From positions 1-64,000 of the IMG/VR virus record IMGVR_UViG_3300031746_000004: DNA of 64,000 nt. The stretch is one strand, 5' to 3'. Origin of the DNA: a virus (taxonomy: Duplodnaviria; Caudoviricetes). Below are positions 18,399 to 29,812 of this stretch, piece by piece; position 1 is the first letter of the stretch; every line of letters starts with the position of its first letter. The notes under the pieces were generated by a model. That model was not told the origin of the DNA. It ran no database searches and saw nothing but the letters and a program-made list of their open reading frames with translations. Both the position numbers and the translations under genes were made by a program.

Positions 18399-19571
18399 TT
18401 ATAGTTTAAATCCCTTTGATAATTCTATTCCTTTAAAATCTAATTCAAATGCCCAAGTCATAGGTCTGGTCTTATTCGTACCAAAAAACCATTGTTTAGG
18501 CTCTGTATAAATACCATATAATTTACGAGCATAATCATCAAAAGGTATCCATGCCCCGTTAGTTAATAAAACTCCTTTATCTCCTATTGGTTCTTTTTCA
18601 AGAGAATGAAAATGACCCATCATATAGACATCGTACTTTTCTTCTGGTAAGTTTATATAAACATCTTTAGCTTTTCTAATTCGAGTAGTTTTTGCTCCAC
18701 CACCGCTTTCATCTCCATGTGTCATAAAAAACATGTGATTATAAACTTTAGTAGAATAATATCTGGATGTAGGGATAGTAACTGTTACTTTATCATTTTT
18801 TGCAGTTTTAAACATTAATTCCAATGTTTTATAAATATGGTATTCTAAATAATTTTCAACTGGCATATCTGCTTTTCGATTACTCGTTGACATCGAATGA
18901 TTACCAACTATACAAAAAACTTCTATTTTTGGAAATAATTTGCATAATTCATTTATTAAAAATGCAAAATCCCTTACAGCATCCCAAATCTGGTTTCCTG
19001 CTATTTTGGTTATTTTAAATTCTTGCCCTTCAAAAACATAGCCATCTCCTTCTATTAAATCTCCCAATAAAAATATATTTAGTTTTTCAAAACAATATGT
19101 ATTTCTTTGCATAGAAATTATCTCTACAATCGAATCTAAATATCTCTGTAACATTATTTTTCTAATACTGTCATTGTAAGTTTCAATTTCTTTTTGTAAA
19201 GGAGGATAATAAACTTTATTCGATTTTCCTATATGCATATCGGAAATAATTGAATTAGCAATTTCAGATTTTTTATTTTTTTTGTAATCTATTAAACATT
19301 TTACTGGTTTCAATCCACATACATATTTGTCTATTTGACTATTAAAAATTTCAAATATTTGATTATACATTTCACTTCTATTATTTTTGTTTATTATAGA
19401 TTTATCTTCTTTCTCATTTTCAATCATTTTTGGTTTTCCTCTCGTCAAATTTGCTCTGCGGTGCATAACAGATTTATAGGAACGATTAAGTTCTCTCGCT
19501 ATCTCTTCCGTAGTTTTGTTCTCTTCTACCATTTCAAGTAATCTTTTTTCTTCTTTATCATTCCATTTCAT
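18399..19571 (-). CDS. Calcineurin-like metallophosphoesterase with N-terminal HTH
   Basis: SDMHIG, LGDLIE, GNH, THGD, GHFH; start MKWND at 19571. Confidence 0.88.
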   Translation of the reverse strand: MKWNDKEEKRLLEMVEENKTTEEIARELNRSYKSVMHRRANLTRGKPKMIENEKEDKSIINKNNRSEMYNQIFEIFNSQIDKYVCGLKPVKCLIDYKKNKKSEIANSIISDMHIGKSNKVYYPPLQKEIETYNDSIRKIMLQRYLDSIVEIISMQRNTYCFEKLNIFLLGDLIEGDGYVFEGQEFKITKIAGNQIWDAVRDFAFLINELCKLFPKIEVFCIVGNHSMSTSNRKADMPVENYLEYHIYKTLELMFKTAKNDKVTVTIPTSRYYSTKVYNHMFFMTHGDESGGGAKTTRIRKAKDVYINLPEEKYDVYMMGHFHSLEKEPIGDKGVLLTNGAWIPFDDYARKLYGIYTEPKQWFFGTNKTRPMTWAFELDFKGIELSKGFKL

Positions 19572-19726
19572 TTTTTTCTCCTCAAAAATTATATTTATCG
19601 GGAGCAAAATTATAAATTTCTACTATATAATATCCTATTCTAAAGATACCTATATCTTGTGTAAATAAAATTCCAAAACCTAAATAATCTTTATCTTTAT
19701 AAATCTTCATATTATCTCCTAATTTA

Positions 19727-20011
19727 TTATTTAACTTTAGTTAATATTTTTCCTATATAATATTCTTGCCAATAATTTCGATTGTAATTTGCTCTTGTAT
19801 TACAAGGATTGCAAGTAGTTATTAAATTATCTTTTTTACAATCTATACAATAATGTTTTTCGAGAGTAAATCCTGTTTTGAAATTAGGATGATTTTTGGG
19901 ATTTTTATATTTTCCTTTTTGAGAACAGTGTCGACATTTTTTAGAATTATTTTGAATTAACTTTCCACAGTCTTTACATTTATTATTATCAGAATAATGA
20001 TATTTATTCAT
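19727..20011 (-). pseudogene. Internally deleted HNH endonuclease
   Basis: KHYCIDCKK joined to DNLITTC..CNTRAN; HHID catalytic segment missing. Confidence 0.75.
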
Positions 20012-20306
20012 TTCTAACTCTTTCTTTTAAAAAATTTGTATATGCAGATAATAAAAAATCCTCTATTTTATTTCCGATTGTTTTATTTATCGGATAAACA
20101 GAGGATATAATTTTTCCATTAGCCAAAGTAATACGAGGATATGAAATATAATATCCTCCTATTGGTTTGGTATAAATTCTTGCTTCGTTTATTCTTATTA
20201 AATTTTGGAAAGTAAAAGAAATATAGCAAACTAAACCTTTATCAGTTGGCTTTATAGGATAGAATGTTATTTCTGTTATTTCTTCTTTTTTTCTTCGATT
20301 AGTCAT
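20004..20306 (-). CDS. SpoVG-like nucleic-acid-binding protein
   Basis: EITEITFYP...F....RI...G.YISYP...VYPINK pattern. Confidence 0.7.
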   Translation of the reverse strand: MTNRRKKEEITEITFYPIKPTDKGLVCYISFTFQNLIRINEARIYTKPIGGYYISYPRITLANGKIISSVYPINKTIGNKIEDFLLSAYTNFLKERVRNE

Positions 20307-20314
20307 CTCTTCAT

Positions 20315-20358
20315 CCTTCTACTTATAAGTATACTAAAAAAACTCAAGAATTTAAGTA
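20315..20358 (-). promoter_or_regulatory. Putative phage-sigma-dependent promoter, copy 1 (TACTTAAAT-N14-AGTATACTTATAAGTAGAAGG)
   Basis: Same bipartite motif with the same spacing at 36502-36545 (+). Confidence 0.75.
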
Positions 20359-21054
20359 GTATTTTAATTTTTTTTCTAATTCTTTACTTATTTGACTAAT
20401 TCTCGCACTACTAATTCCAAATCTTTTGGCTATTTCTACCTTTTTCAACCCTTTTTCTTTCAATAAGATACGAATATATTTTTTTTCTAAATCAGAACAA
20501 GAAATTATAAAATCTTTCATATCTATATTTTCTAAAAAATCTTCTTCTTTAGTATCTAAAATTGGTAATTCTTCTAATTCTCCTTCGTTATTTTCCTTAT
20601 TAAAAGGTTTATGCGTAATACTTTTTATAAAATCTTTAGTTAAAAACGAAGGAGTCCAATCGAACATACAACTATAAAGATAAGTATAAAAACTTTTAGA
20701 TATATCATAATTTTCTATAATTCTTAATATTTCTAAAATTAAATCTTGTTCTACGTCCATATAATCACATAAATTATAACTTCTAAGATTAAAAAATCCT
20801 TTAATACATTCGCATTTATCACAAGTTTTACATTCCGTTTTATCTTCGATTATACATTGACGACAAAATTTACATTTATGATAGAGAGACAATGGATACC
20901 ATTTTCTTTCGTAAATATATTTTGCTTTCTTTCTAATCAAAGGTCTAAAATATACAAATATTTCTTCTAATAATTTCTTATCTTTTATTTCTTTATATAG
21001 TTTTATTTTATTTTCTATATCTACTCTATTTTCTTCGTTAATTTTATTATTCAT
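20344..21054 (-). CDS. Phage sigma-70-family sigma factor with Cys-rich insertion
   Basis: Region 2 (FRPLIRKKA...DVEQDL...YD..SFYTY) and region 4 HTH (EIAKRFGISSARISQI). Confidence 0.8.
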   Translation of the reverse strand: MNNKINEENRVDIENKIKLYKEIKDKKLLEEIFVYFRPLIRKKAKYIYERKWYPLSLYHKCKFCRQCIIEDKTECKTCDKCECIKGFFNLRSYNLCDYMDVEQDLILEILRIIENYDISKSFYTYLYSCMFDWTPSFLTKDFIKSITHKPFNKENNEGELEELPILDTKEEDFLENIDMKDFIISCSDLEKKYIRILLKEKGLKKVEIAKRFGISSARISQISKELEKKLKYYLNS

Positions 21055-21310
21055 TATTTTTTCTCCTTCTTTCTATTTCGTCTAAATTTAAAATTTTATA
21101 TCCTTCTTCTCTAAATTCTCCAGTTAATAAATCTTTATCTTTTTCTGTAATTCCTAAAAATTTAATTTTATCTTTTTTCTTGTTCATAATTTCTAAAAAT
21201 TCCTCGTGCATACTTTCTCCTGCTTTCTTACCATTTTTTAAAGCAAGTTCGCAAATTTCTAAATAATCAGATATGTTCATTATAAAAAGTGCTTGTTTTT
21301 TATTTTCCAT
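21047..21310 (-). CDS. Hypothetical protein
   Basis: ORF track 21047..21340; likely start MENKK behind GGAGG. Confidence 0.6.
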   Translation of the reverse strand: MENKKQALFIMNISDYLEICELALKNGKKAGESMHEEFLEIMNKKKDKIKFLGITEKDKDLLTGEFREEGYKILNLDEIERRRKNNE

Positions 21311-21553
21311 ATTTAATCCTCCGACATAATAATCCGACATTCTTTACAAACGTATAAAGGATAAACTACTTCTCCATCATCACTAATATTTATAAATTCT
21401 CCTTTAAAAATATAATTACCACAAAAACCACATTTCTTTAATCCTAATAATTTTAAAATTTTATTCTTCATCTTCTTTAGCCTCTCTCATAAAATCATTT
21501 CGTTCGTCAAATCTATAACTATTTTCTAACCATTCTTGGTCTGTCATTTTTTA

Positions 21554-22363
21554 TTATCCTATTTGTTTTTTATAAACTTCTTGTGCTAATTTATCGTCGG
21601 GATTTGCATAAATTAAGGTTGTTTGTAAAGAATTATGTCCTAAAATACGTTGTATAACTAATGGACTAATATTTTGTCTCATCATATAAGTAGCGGAAGA
21701 ATGTCTAAAAATATGAGTAGATATATTTTTATTTAAATATTTTCCTATTTTCTTCGATAAGTAATTAATTTCTGCTAATGTAATAGAAAAAGCATTATTT
21801 AATTCTTTTTCCGAATTAAAATAATCTGTTAAATCTTTAATAATTATATTAGGAAAATAAACTATTCTTTCGGTCTTATCTTTTTGCCCCCAAATATTTA
21901 CCGAACAATTTATTAAATCTATTTTTTCTCTATTTAAAGAAAGTAATTCTCCTTTTCTAATTCCTGTAAAAAATAAGAATTTTAAAATAGCATTACACTT
22001 AGTAGAAGACATTCCTGCTTTGCTATAAGTAGAATAATATTTTATGCCTTGTAGAAGTTCTTCATAAGTGATATAATTAGGTTGTTTTCTTTCTACTTCT
22101 AATAATTTAATTTCGAAACAAGCGTGTTTTTCTATTTTTAAAAATTTACAATAATCTCTACAACTCTTGATAACATTGTTTATAGAATTTTCAGAATATT
22201 TTTTATCTGTAAAATATTGAGCCAATTGTTCTTTTGTTAAAGTTTCAAAAATTATTTCTTTCGTTTCTAAATATTCGAAAAAAGGATTAAGGAAATTATA
22301 ATAAACCAATGACCTATGAATATTTAAAAGATACTTTTTATATATTTCTAATTGTTCTTTCAT
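21554..22363 (-). CDS. Tyrosine recombinase (XerC/D-like)
   Basis: TGIRKGE, K, HIFRH, LGHNSLQTTLIY catalytic residues; start MKEQL at 22363. Confidence 0.93.
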   Translation of the reverse strand: MKEQLEIYKKYLLNIHRSLVYYNFLNPFFEYLETKEIIFETLTKEQLAQYFTDKKYSENSINNVIKSCRDYCKFLKIEKHACFEIKLLEVERKQPNYITYEELLQGIKYYSTYSKAGMSSTKCNAILKFLFFTGIRKGELLSLNREKIDLINCSVNIWGQKDKTERIVYFPNIIIKDLTDYFNSEKELNNAFSITLAEINYLSKKIGKYLNKNISTHIFRHSSATYMMRQNISPLVIQRILGHNSLQTTLIYANPDDKLAQEVYKKQIG

Positions 22364-22746
22364 TTGATTATCCACCTTATTCCATTTTGTTTTACTTTTT
22401 CTAAAAGTGATACTACAAATTCTAAAGCATCTGTTTCGGAACATTCCGTAAATTGTTGAACAAAATTAGAAAGTATTTCCATAAAAATTATTTCTTTCTC
22501 ATTCTGTTTTTTCATTTTCTAATTCTTTTATTGCCTCTTTTAATAATCTTTCGATTTCGAGCATAGGATTTAAATTTTGTTTACCCATTCTAAAAAGTAA
22601 CCAATTTTTTGCGTATTTGTATAATTTTGTTTTTTTAATTTCTTTCATTTAATCTCCTTTGTTTATTTTCCCATTGTTTTTGAGTTACGTGTCCTATAAC
22701 ATAACAAATTTTTATATTATCATCATCTTCTAACTCTATTATCTCT

Positions 22747-23445
22747 TTACATACTTTGCATTGTTGTTTTTTCAAGATTTATCTCCTTTATTTTATATCT
22801 AAAAAACCATTTAATATATTGTTTTATCAAACCTTTTTCGACTAAATAACGATAAGCCCCCTGATGTATTTTTTGATGGTCTTTTATTTTAATTAACATT
22901 GTTTTTGTGCTATTTTCTTCTAAATATATATGATGTTTTATTAATTTATTTTTACCAAACATTGGATTGTTCTTACCCTTTAATTTATGATTATCGTAGT
23001 TTGGATTGTTTTTACCTGTCCTATTCGTATTTTTTCTTTTATTACTTTTCCAAGATAATTTAGTTCCGCAAGATTTACAATAATTATTATAATAATTTTT
23101 TATTATTGTTCCGCATTGACAATAATGTTTTTTAATTGTTCTTCCGTCTATATAACTTGGATGTTTTCTTGGATTTCTAAATAATTTTTTCATAGAACAA
23201 GACTTGCATAATTTAGTTTTGTTCCCATAACTAATTTTTGCTTTACATATTTTACAATAATATTTAATTTTAGTTCTATTATCTATATATGCGGGGCTTT
23301 TTCTGCCCTTTCTACCATACATTCCGTTATGTTTACCTTTAAAATTTAATTTGTTAACTTTAAAGGCATATTTGGTTGCACAAGAATGACATCTTTTAGT
23401 ATCTTTTGTGCTAACCCTTTTTCCACAATCGAAACAATTATACAT
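22747..23445 (-). CDS. Homing-endonuclease-like protein (zinc ribbons, NUMOD3-like repeats, atypical His-rich C-terminus)
   Basis: CxxC repeats, GKNNPMFG, KHHIY...HQKIH. Confidence 0.7.
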   Translation of the reverse strand: MYNCFDCGKRVSTKDTKRCHSCATKYAFKVNKLNFKGKHNGMYGRKGRKSPAYIDNRTKIKYYCKICKAKISYGNKTKLCKSCSMKKLFRNPRKHPSYIDGRTIKKHYCQCGTIIKNYYNNYCKSCGTKLSWKSNKRKNTNRTGKNNPNYDNHKLKGKNNPMFGKNKLIKHHIYLEENSTKTMLIKIKDHQKIHQGAYRYLVEKGLIKQYIKWFFRYKIKEINLEKTTMQSM

Positions 23446-24436
23446 TTAAACTCCTTAATAATTCTTCTCCCTTTAAAGTTCCCAATCTTCCACGAGCGGT
23501 TCTTGACAAATAATTATTAAATATTAAAAAAGGTTCTATAACGTATTGAAAATCTGCTCTACTAACTCCTGCAATCATAGATAATGCTTCGATACCAACT
23601 GGTTTTTTGATTTCTACTAAATGGGATAATATCAAAATATCAGTAGTAGTTAAACCGTTTTTTACTATTCTATGAGCATTTAAAACTTTGTTTATATCTT
23701 CGCAAACCACAAAATCATCGAAGAAATTTAATGCTATTCTTGGCGTTCCTCTTGTATTTTGAGATAATATAGTATAAATTTCGGAAGATATATTTTTTTG
23801 ATATATTTTATTATTATATTGGATAAGTATTTGTTTTATTTCTTCGTCTTTATATGGTTCTAAAATTATATTTGCTCCGCATCTATCTACTAAAGGAGAG
23901 AATTTCTTTAATAATAAATTCATATCTGTTGTAGCAGTAATAAATATAAATGGTTTAAGTTTTAAATTGTTTCCTTCTGGAAGAATAAAATCTTCAATTA
24001 CTGGATATAAATATTCGGCTATTTGTTTTTCTAAATTATGTCCTTCGTCGACAAATAAAATCTCAATATTTTTACTATCCTGATTACGAATAAGAAATTG
24101 TTTTAAATTATCCATAGTAAAAGCCCCTGCAATATACCAATTCATATTTGCTAATAATTCGTTATTTATCACATTTGCAAGAGTTGATTTTCCTGCTCCT
24201 TTGTGTCCAGAAATAACGAAATGAACAGGTTTTATTTTTCTAATTTTCTCTAAATTAAGATTAACTAAATCTTTTGCTCTTTCCTGCCCTATGTATTCGG
24301 AAAGAAATTTAGGTCTATAATTAAATTTTATAGGTCTAACTTCTTCAGAATGATATTCTTTTTTCGAAGTTATACCTATTTTTTCTTTAAACATTTCTAA
24401 TACTTGACTAATTCCAAAAATATCTAATATATCCAT
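23438..24436 (-). CDS. ruvB: RuvB-like Holliday junction branch-migration ATPase
   Basis: RP..LSEYIGQ, GHKGAGKS, FVDEGH, ATT, RGTPRIA, IEPFL...RTARGR. Confidence 0.88.
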   Translation of the reverse strand: MDILDIFGISQVLEMFKEKIGITSKKEYHSEEVRPIKFNYRPKFLSEYIGQERAKDLVNLNLEKIRKIKPVHFVISGHKGAGKSTLANVINNELLANMNWYIAGAFTMDNLKQFLIRNQDSKNIEILFVDEGHNLEKQIAEYLYPVIEDFILPEGNNLKLKPFIFITATTDMNLLLKKFSPLVDRCGANIILEPYKDEEIKQILIQYNNKIYQKNISSEIYTILSQNTRGTPRIALNFFDDFVVCEDINKVLNAHRIVKNGLTTTDILILSHLVEIKKPVGIEALSMIAGVSRADFQYVIEPFLIFNNYLSRTARGRLGTLKGEELLRSLNV

Positions 24437-24510
24437 TTTATTATCCGTTGTCCTTATATTTGTCTTGATTTCTTGTCATATTAGTCCTTTCTTGCTATTA
24501 TTAATAAAAA

Positions 24511-24559
24511 AGACCTATCTTACCACTATTGAGCCAATTTCTTGGGTAAAATAGGTCTT
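24511..24559 (-). terminator. Putative intrinsic terminator / long hairpin
   Basis: AGACCTAT...ATAGGTCT inverted repeat followed by a T-run on the - strand. Confidence 0.55.
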
Positions 24560-24610
24560 AAATCTTTGCCTTAATGAGTTCTTACGAAGTGATTAAGGTC
24601 TTTATTTTAA

Positions 24611-24904
24611 TTATAATTTCACAATAAACTTTTCCATTCCTTTTTGTATTTCATCAGGTTCTTCTGCGTGTTCTCTTATTTCTGCAAATTTATAACTTAA
24701 TTCATCATCATAATTTTCATCATCTTCATCTAAATCAGGGTCAAAATTAATATGTTCATCTAAAAATTGTTCTTCTACTAATCTAATAACATCTTCTTTA
24801 TCTGCAAAAATTGTTATCTCATCTGCTTTTTGTTTTGTTTTACCTACCCAAAAATCACCAAATATACTTCTAACTACTGCATAATTCCATTTAACTTTTA
24901 CCAT
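24611..24904 (-). CDS. Hypothetical acidic protein
   Basis: ORF with AGGAG RBS. Confidence 0.65.
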   Translation of the reverse strand: MVKVKWNYAVVRSIFGDFWVGKTKQKADEITIFADKEDVIRLVEEQFLDEHINFDPDLDEDDENYDDELSYKFAEIREHAEEPDEIQKGMEKFIVKL

Positions 24905-24906
24905 AG

Positions 24907-25095
24907 TTACTCCTTTTCTAATTTTTTAACAGCACTTTCTATACCTTTAAGATGTCGTTTTATAGTTTTTATTATTTCTTTTTTTCTATTTACATTTCCT
25001 AAACAATTTTGTTCTAATGATACTTGTGGATTTTTACATTTCCCATCTTTGGCAGCAAATAAACATAAATCATTTATTAAACTACATTTACTCAT
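24907..25095 (-). CDS. Hypothetical protein
   Basis: ORF with GAGG RBS. Confidence 0.55.
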   Translation of the reverse strand: MSKCSLINDLCLFAAKDGKCKNPQVSLEQNCLGNVNRKKEIIKTIKRHLKGIESAVKKLEKE

Positions 25096-25326
25096 CTTTT
25101 ACCTCTCTTTCATAATTTATATAATAATTCTCTCATAAAAATACAAATATATTTTAATTCTTTTAATATCAAATGAAGATGTAATAAATCAACTACACAA
25201 AAAACTAATAAAACTAAACCTAAAAATAACAATAATATGTTATTCATTTTATCCTCTATTTTATCATTATACAAATTAAATTGATTAAACTGCAAATTAA
25301 AATAATTATCAAACAAATTGTTTTTA

Positions 25327-25635
25327 TCATTTTATTATAAATCCTCTTTTTTCAAGTTCTCTTTTATAATTTTGATAAACTTTTTCTCCCATTATCTCTT
25401 TATTTCTCTGTATTAAACTTAATGTTTCGTCGCCACCTATTTCTTTAAACCATTTATTTATATTTTCTTCTGCTTGTTCTTCTAAAGATTTTATAACTAT
25501 TTCATCTAAATTTAAGATATGTAATTGTTTTCCACAAAAAGCACAATGAGTAAAACTCTGTCCATTTTCTATAAGTTCTAATTCGTCTTTTTCAAAATCT
25601 AAACAATGATTATCACAAAAGAATTTTATACGCAT
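25327..25635 (-). CDS. Hypothetical zinc-ribbon protein
   Basis: CDNHC...CAFCG. Confidence 0.6.
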   Translation of the reverse strand: MRIKFFCDNHCLDFEKDELELIENGQSFTHCAFCGKQLHILNLDEIVIKSLEEQAEENINKWFKEIGGDETLSLIQRNKEIMGEKVYQNYKRELEKRGFIIK

Positions 25636-25817
25636 TATTTTTTACCAAGTTCTGTTTCTATCAGTATCCATTTATCATTTATTTTTTCTTCAATTCTAAA
25701 ATGAGTTATTTGTTCTTCATTTTCAAAAGAAAGTATATAATTATCTACCTCATCTCTCGTAGATAATTGTTTTGCCTCTATTCTTCCTTTATTAGTTACT
25801 ATTCCAACTTTATACAT
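25635..25817 (-). CDS. Hypothetical protein
   Basis: ORF coupled to the next gene. Confidence 0.55.
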   Translation of the reverse strand: MYKVGIVTNKGRIEAKQLSTRDEVDNYILSFENEEQITHFRIEEKINDKWILIETELGKK

Positions 25818-25945
25818 TTTATTTTATTAATTTAGATAATAAATCTATAATTATTGTAAGTTTATTAGAAATTTCTATTAAACCCATTATTATAATTATA
25901 ATTGCTATAAATCTTAACATTTAGTATCTCCTTTAGTCCTTTGGA

Positions 25946-26173
25946 TTATCTACCTTGATTAGCCAATTCTTCATTAACATAATCTAAAACTGCTTCTTGT
26001 TCTTCTTCTGTTAATAATTCTTGTCCTTTAAAAATTTCTGTATCTCCTTCAAATCCAAAATCATCTTCTTCATACCATTTACTTACTAAAACTTCTTTAT
26101 TATTAATATTTATTTTATATTGTATTTCTTCTTTACTATATACTACTTGTCTTTCTATTAATTCTATATTCAT
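25946..26173 (-). CDS. Hypothetical acidic protein
   Basis: ORF track 25946..26209; likely start MNIEL behind AGGAG. Confidence 0.6.
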   Translation of the reverse strand: MNIELIERQVVYSKEEIQYKININNKEVLVSKWYEEDDFGFEGDTEIFKGQELLTEEEQEAVLDYVNEELANQGR

Positions 26174-26385
26174 CTTATTTCTCCTTTTGTAATTAAAATT
26201 ATAACTCAACTATTTTATATTCAAAAGCACAATTTTCTTTAGCAAATGTTTCTGCTTCCTCTCTGGTATCAAATGTTTCGTTAATACCATTTACATCAAC
26301 CATTAAGCCCATTACATAATTGCCATTGTGTTCTAAAATTATATACATTTTTACCCCCTTAATTATCAAAATAAAAATTATCTTA

Positions 26386-26562
26386 CTAATACCCTACTAA
26401 CCTTAATACTGCTAACCTTTCTTTTTCGTTTAATCCCGATAATAAGTCGGCTATTGCGTCAAGTTCAAAATCCCAATACTCAGAATTATCGTATCGGGTC
26501 AAAATATCCTCTCTTAAAACTTCCCAAATCTGCCTCACTAATACTTTTTTTACGTCGGTCAT
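26386..26562 (-). CDS. Small hypothetical protein with RYDNSEYWDF motif (not in ORF track)
   Basis: 58-aa ORF; paralog of 28075..28254. Confidence 0.7.
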   Translation of the reverse strand: MTDVKKVLVRQIWEVLREDILTRYDNSEYWDFELDAIADLLSGLNEKERLAVLRLVGY

Positions 26563-26566
26563 TATC

Positions 26567-26812
26567 TTACTCCTTTTTTGTATTTACTTTTTTAATTTCC
26601 CATTCGCCATATTGCAATAAATAATCTAATTTTTCTTGAGTAGTTTTAAATTGTTCTAAATACTCATATATGGTTCTTTCATCATTATCTTTCAAACACC
26701 CTGTAAAATCTATATCGTGGTAACTTGCTAATGCCTCAACAATGGCTTTTTTTGTTTTAAATCTTCTTTCTTCCATTGTGCCTACGCCCTGTAAATCAAT
26801 TATTTTATACAT
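26567..26812 (-). CDS. Hypothetical protein
   Basis: ORF with GGGGTG RBS. Confidence 0.6.
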   Translation of the reverse strand: MYKIIDLQGVGTMEERRFKTKKAIVEALASYHDIDFTGCLKDNDERTIYEYLEQFKTTQEKLDYLLQYGEWEIKKVNTKKE

Positions 26813-26959
26813 ATTTTACACCCCTTCTTCTATTACATCATCAATATACATATCGTTATTAGAAGTATAATCACTTATTTCTTCAACTAATACTTCGTAT
26901 TGTTCTTTTGTTACAGGTTCATTTGTTTTAATTATAAAAGTAACATTTAACTTATCCAT

Positions 26960-28048
<1,089 letters not shown>

Positions 28049-28074
28049 TTTGTATTCTCCTTTTTAATAATATG

Positions 28075-28254
28075 TTAAAAATTTTGTGTAATTTTTACTA
28101 TATCGTTATCCGTTAATTTATTATCGTGTTTAAAACTTTCAATAGTATTAAAATCCCAGTATTCACTATTATCATATCTTGATACAATGTTATCCCTTAA
28201 TTGCTTTCTCAATTTTAATGCTAAAGTCGCTTGTTTCATTGTTAATTTTTTCAT
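28075..28254 (-). CDS. Small hypothetical protein with RYDNSEYWDF motif (not in ORF track)
   Basis: 59-aa ORF behind the promoter/RBS block. Confidence 0.7.
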   Translation of the reverse strand: MKKLTMKQATLALKLRKQLRDNIVSRYDNSEYWDFNTIESFKHDNKLTDNDIVKITQNF

Positions 28255-28302
28255 CTTACTCCTTTATAATTAAAGTATATACTAAAAAATATACCTAACC
28301 TA
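28255..28302 (-). promoter_or_regulatory. Promoter plus RBS block (TAGGTT-N17-TATACT)
   Basis: Repeated motif; 17-bp spacer. Confidence 0.75.
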
Positions 28303-28870
28303 ATTATTACTCATTCCAGTCATTCCATTCTACCCGATAAAGTCTTTTATTCCCCCAAGAAATAATTTCAAACTTTAATCTATATAAATGAATACATATA
28401 CTATTATATTTTCTTTTAATTTTATATTTAGTAATTTTTATCATTCTAATATCCTCTATGCAAACATAACCACCCTTTGTGTCCATTCTCGCCTGTTTCG
28501 CTCTTAAAATCCCCTGTATAATACATTTTAACCAATCTATTAACTATATTACATTTCATTCTTTTAATTGTTCCTTTTTTAATTCTCATTTTAGTATCTC
28601 CATAACTCTTTTAACTTGTTTTAAAGTCAATCCATAACCTATTAAATAAAATTCTAATTTTAACAATGCTTTTTTAGTCATATTAACCTCCTTATTTTCT
28701 TTTAATAATATCTATAACTATATCTTCCAAATCATACCACCTTGTATCCCCATTTCTACAATCAAATATCTTCTCATCGCACAAATATTCTGCTATACTT
28801 TCTAAAATATCTATTGCTTTTTTTCTTGCGGGGTCTATTCCAGAATTATATTTTTTGTTTTTCATTATTT

Positions 28871-29812
28871 TTAAATTAATTTTAATGCTTCTTCGTATGC
28901 TTTCCTTTTCATAGTTGCTCCACTACCAAATAATATAGAATTTACTCTATTATTTCCTCTTGTTGTTTTATAATGGTCGGCAAATTCTGTAAAAGCATTA
29001 TATCCAGCCCATAATGTATTTTTTATTCCTTCTTCATTATTGCCTTTGCCATTTATAAATAAAGAAGAAAGTCTATCTATATTATTTTCTAAATTCGTGC
29101 TTTTCTCTGTATTTTCAGTTATATTTAATATTCTAAAAGCATATTGGTCAAAACCTTGTCTTGTCATAGAAGTATTAACAAATTTTTGAGTAATTATTTC
29201 AAAATCTTTATAAAAATCTAATGCTAATCCCAATAATCTTTTTGCTTCTTCAGTTTTAGCATTTATATTTCCAACGTGATTGATACTAATTCCTTCGTTT
29301 TGGTCTTTATAAGAAGCAATGAGAGTGTTTTGACATACTACTCTGATTGGAGTAAAATACATTTTAACAGCACTTTTTCCATCGTGTGAATTAGTAAATA
29401 ATAAATATTTTTCTACAACATCGTTTCTAAATACTAATAAATTTTTAGGCAATTTTGCTAATATCCAAATTTTTTCTCCATTACCTAAAGCACCTGCTGA
29501 ATGATAAAATGCTTCTTTTGATTTCACTATTCCATCAAAAAATTCAAACGCTTTTATATTTTGCACTATTTTATATCTATCGGCAACTACTCCTAAAATT
29601 TTATTATTAGATGTATTTAACGTTCCAAATACTTCAGCATCTATTTTTTGATTATTTTGTTCCGCAAATAAAGGCACTTTAATAACTTCATAATCTAATC
29701 CTGATAATTTTATTGCTTCTTCAGAAGTAACTTCTTCATTAATTCTAATCCCTACATCGTGCCACGCTTTGCCTACACAAAACATTCTATTTTCATAAAT
29801 ATTATGAGCCAT
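28871..29812 (-). CDS. DUF932/TIGR03299-like phage/plasmid protein
   Basis: MAHN..., WH, GLDY, NSHDG, TPIRVVCQNTL, TLWAGYNAFTE. Confidence 0.88.
   Translation of the reverse strand: MAHNIYENRMFCVGKAWHDVGIRINEEVTSEEAIKLSGLDYEVIKVPLFAEQNNQKIDAEVFGTLNTSNNKILGVVADRYKIVQNIKAFEFFDGIVKSKEAFYHSAGALGNGEKIWILAKLPKNLLVFRNDVVEKYLLFTNSHDGKSAVKMYFTPIRVVCQNTLIASYKDQNEGISINHVGNINAKTEEAKRLLGLALDFYKDFEIITQKFVNTSMTRQGFDQYAFRILNITENTEKSTNLENNIDRLSSLFINGKGNNEEGIKNTLWAGYNAFTEFADHYKTTRGNNRVNSILFGSGATMKRKAYEEALKLI

Noticed and set aside
21554-22363. Lysogeny module or prophage boundary
   Set aside because: No repressor, att duplication or host genes; the recombinase is embedded in a co-oriented operon.
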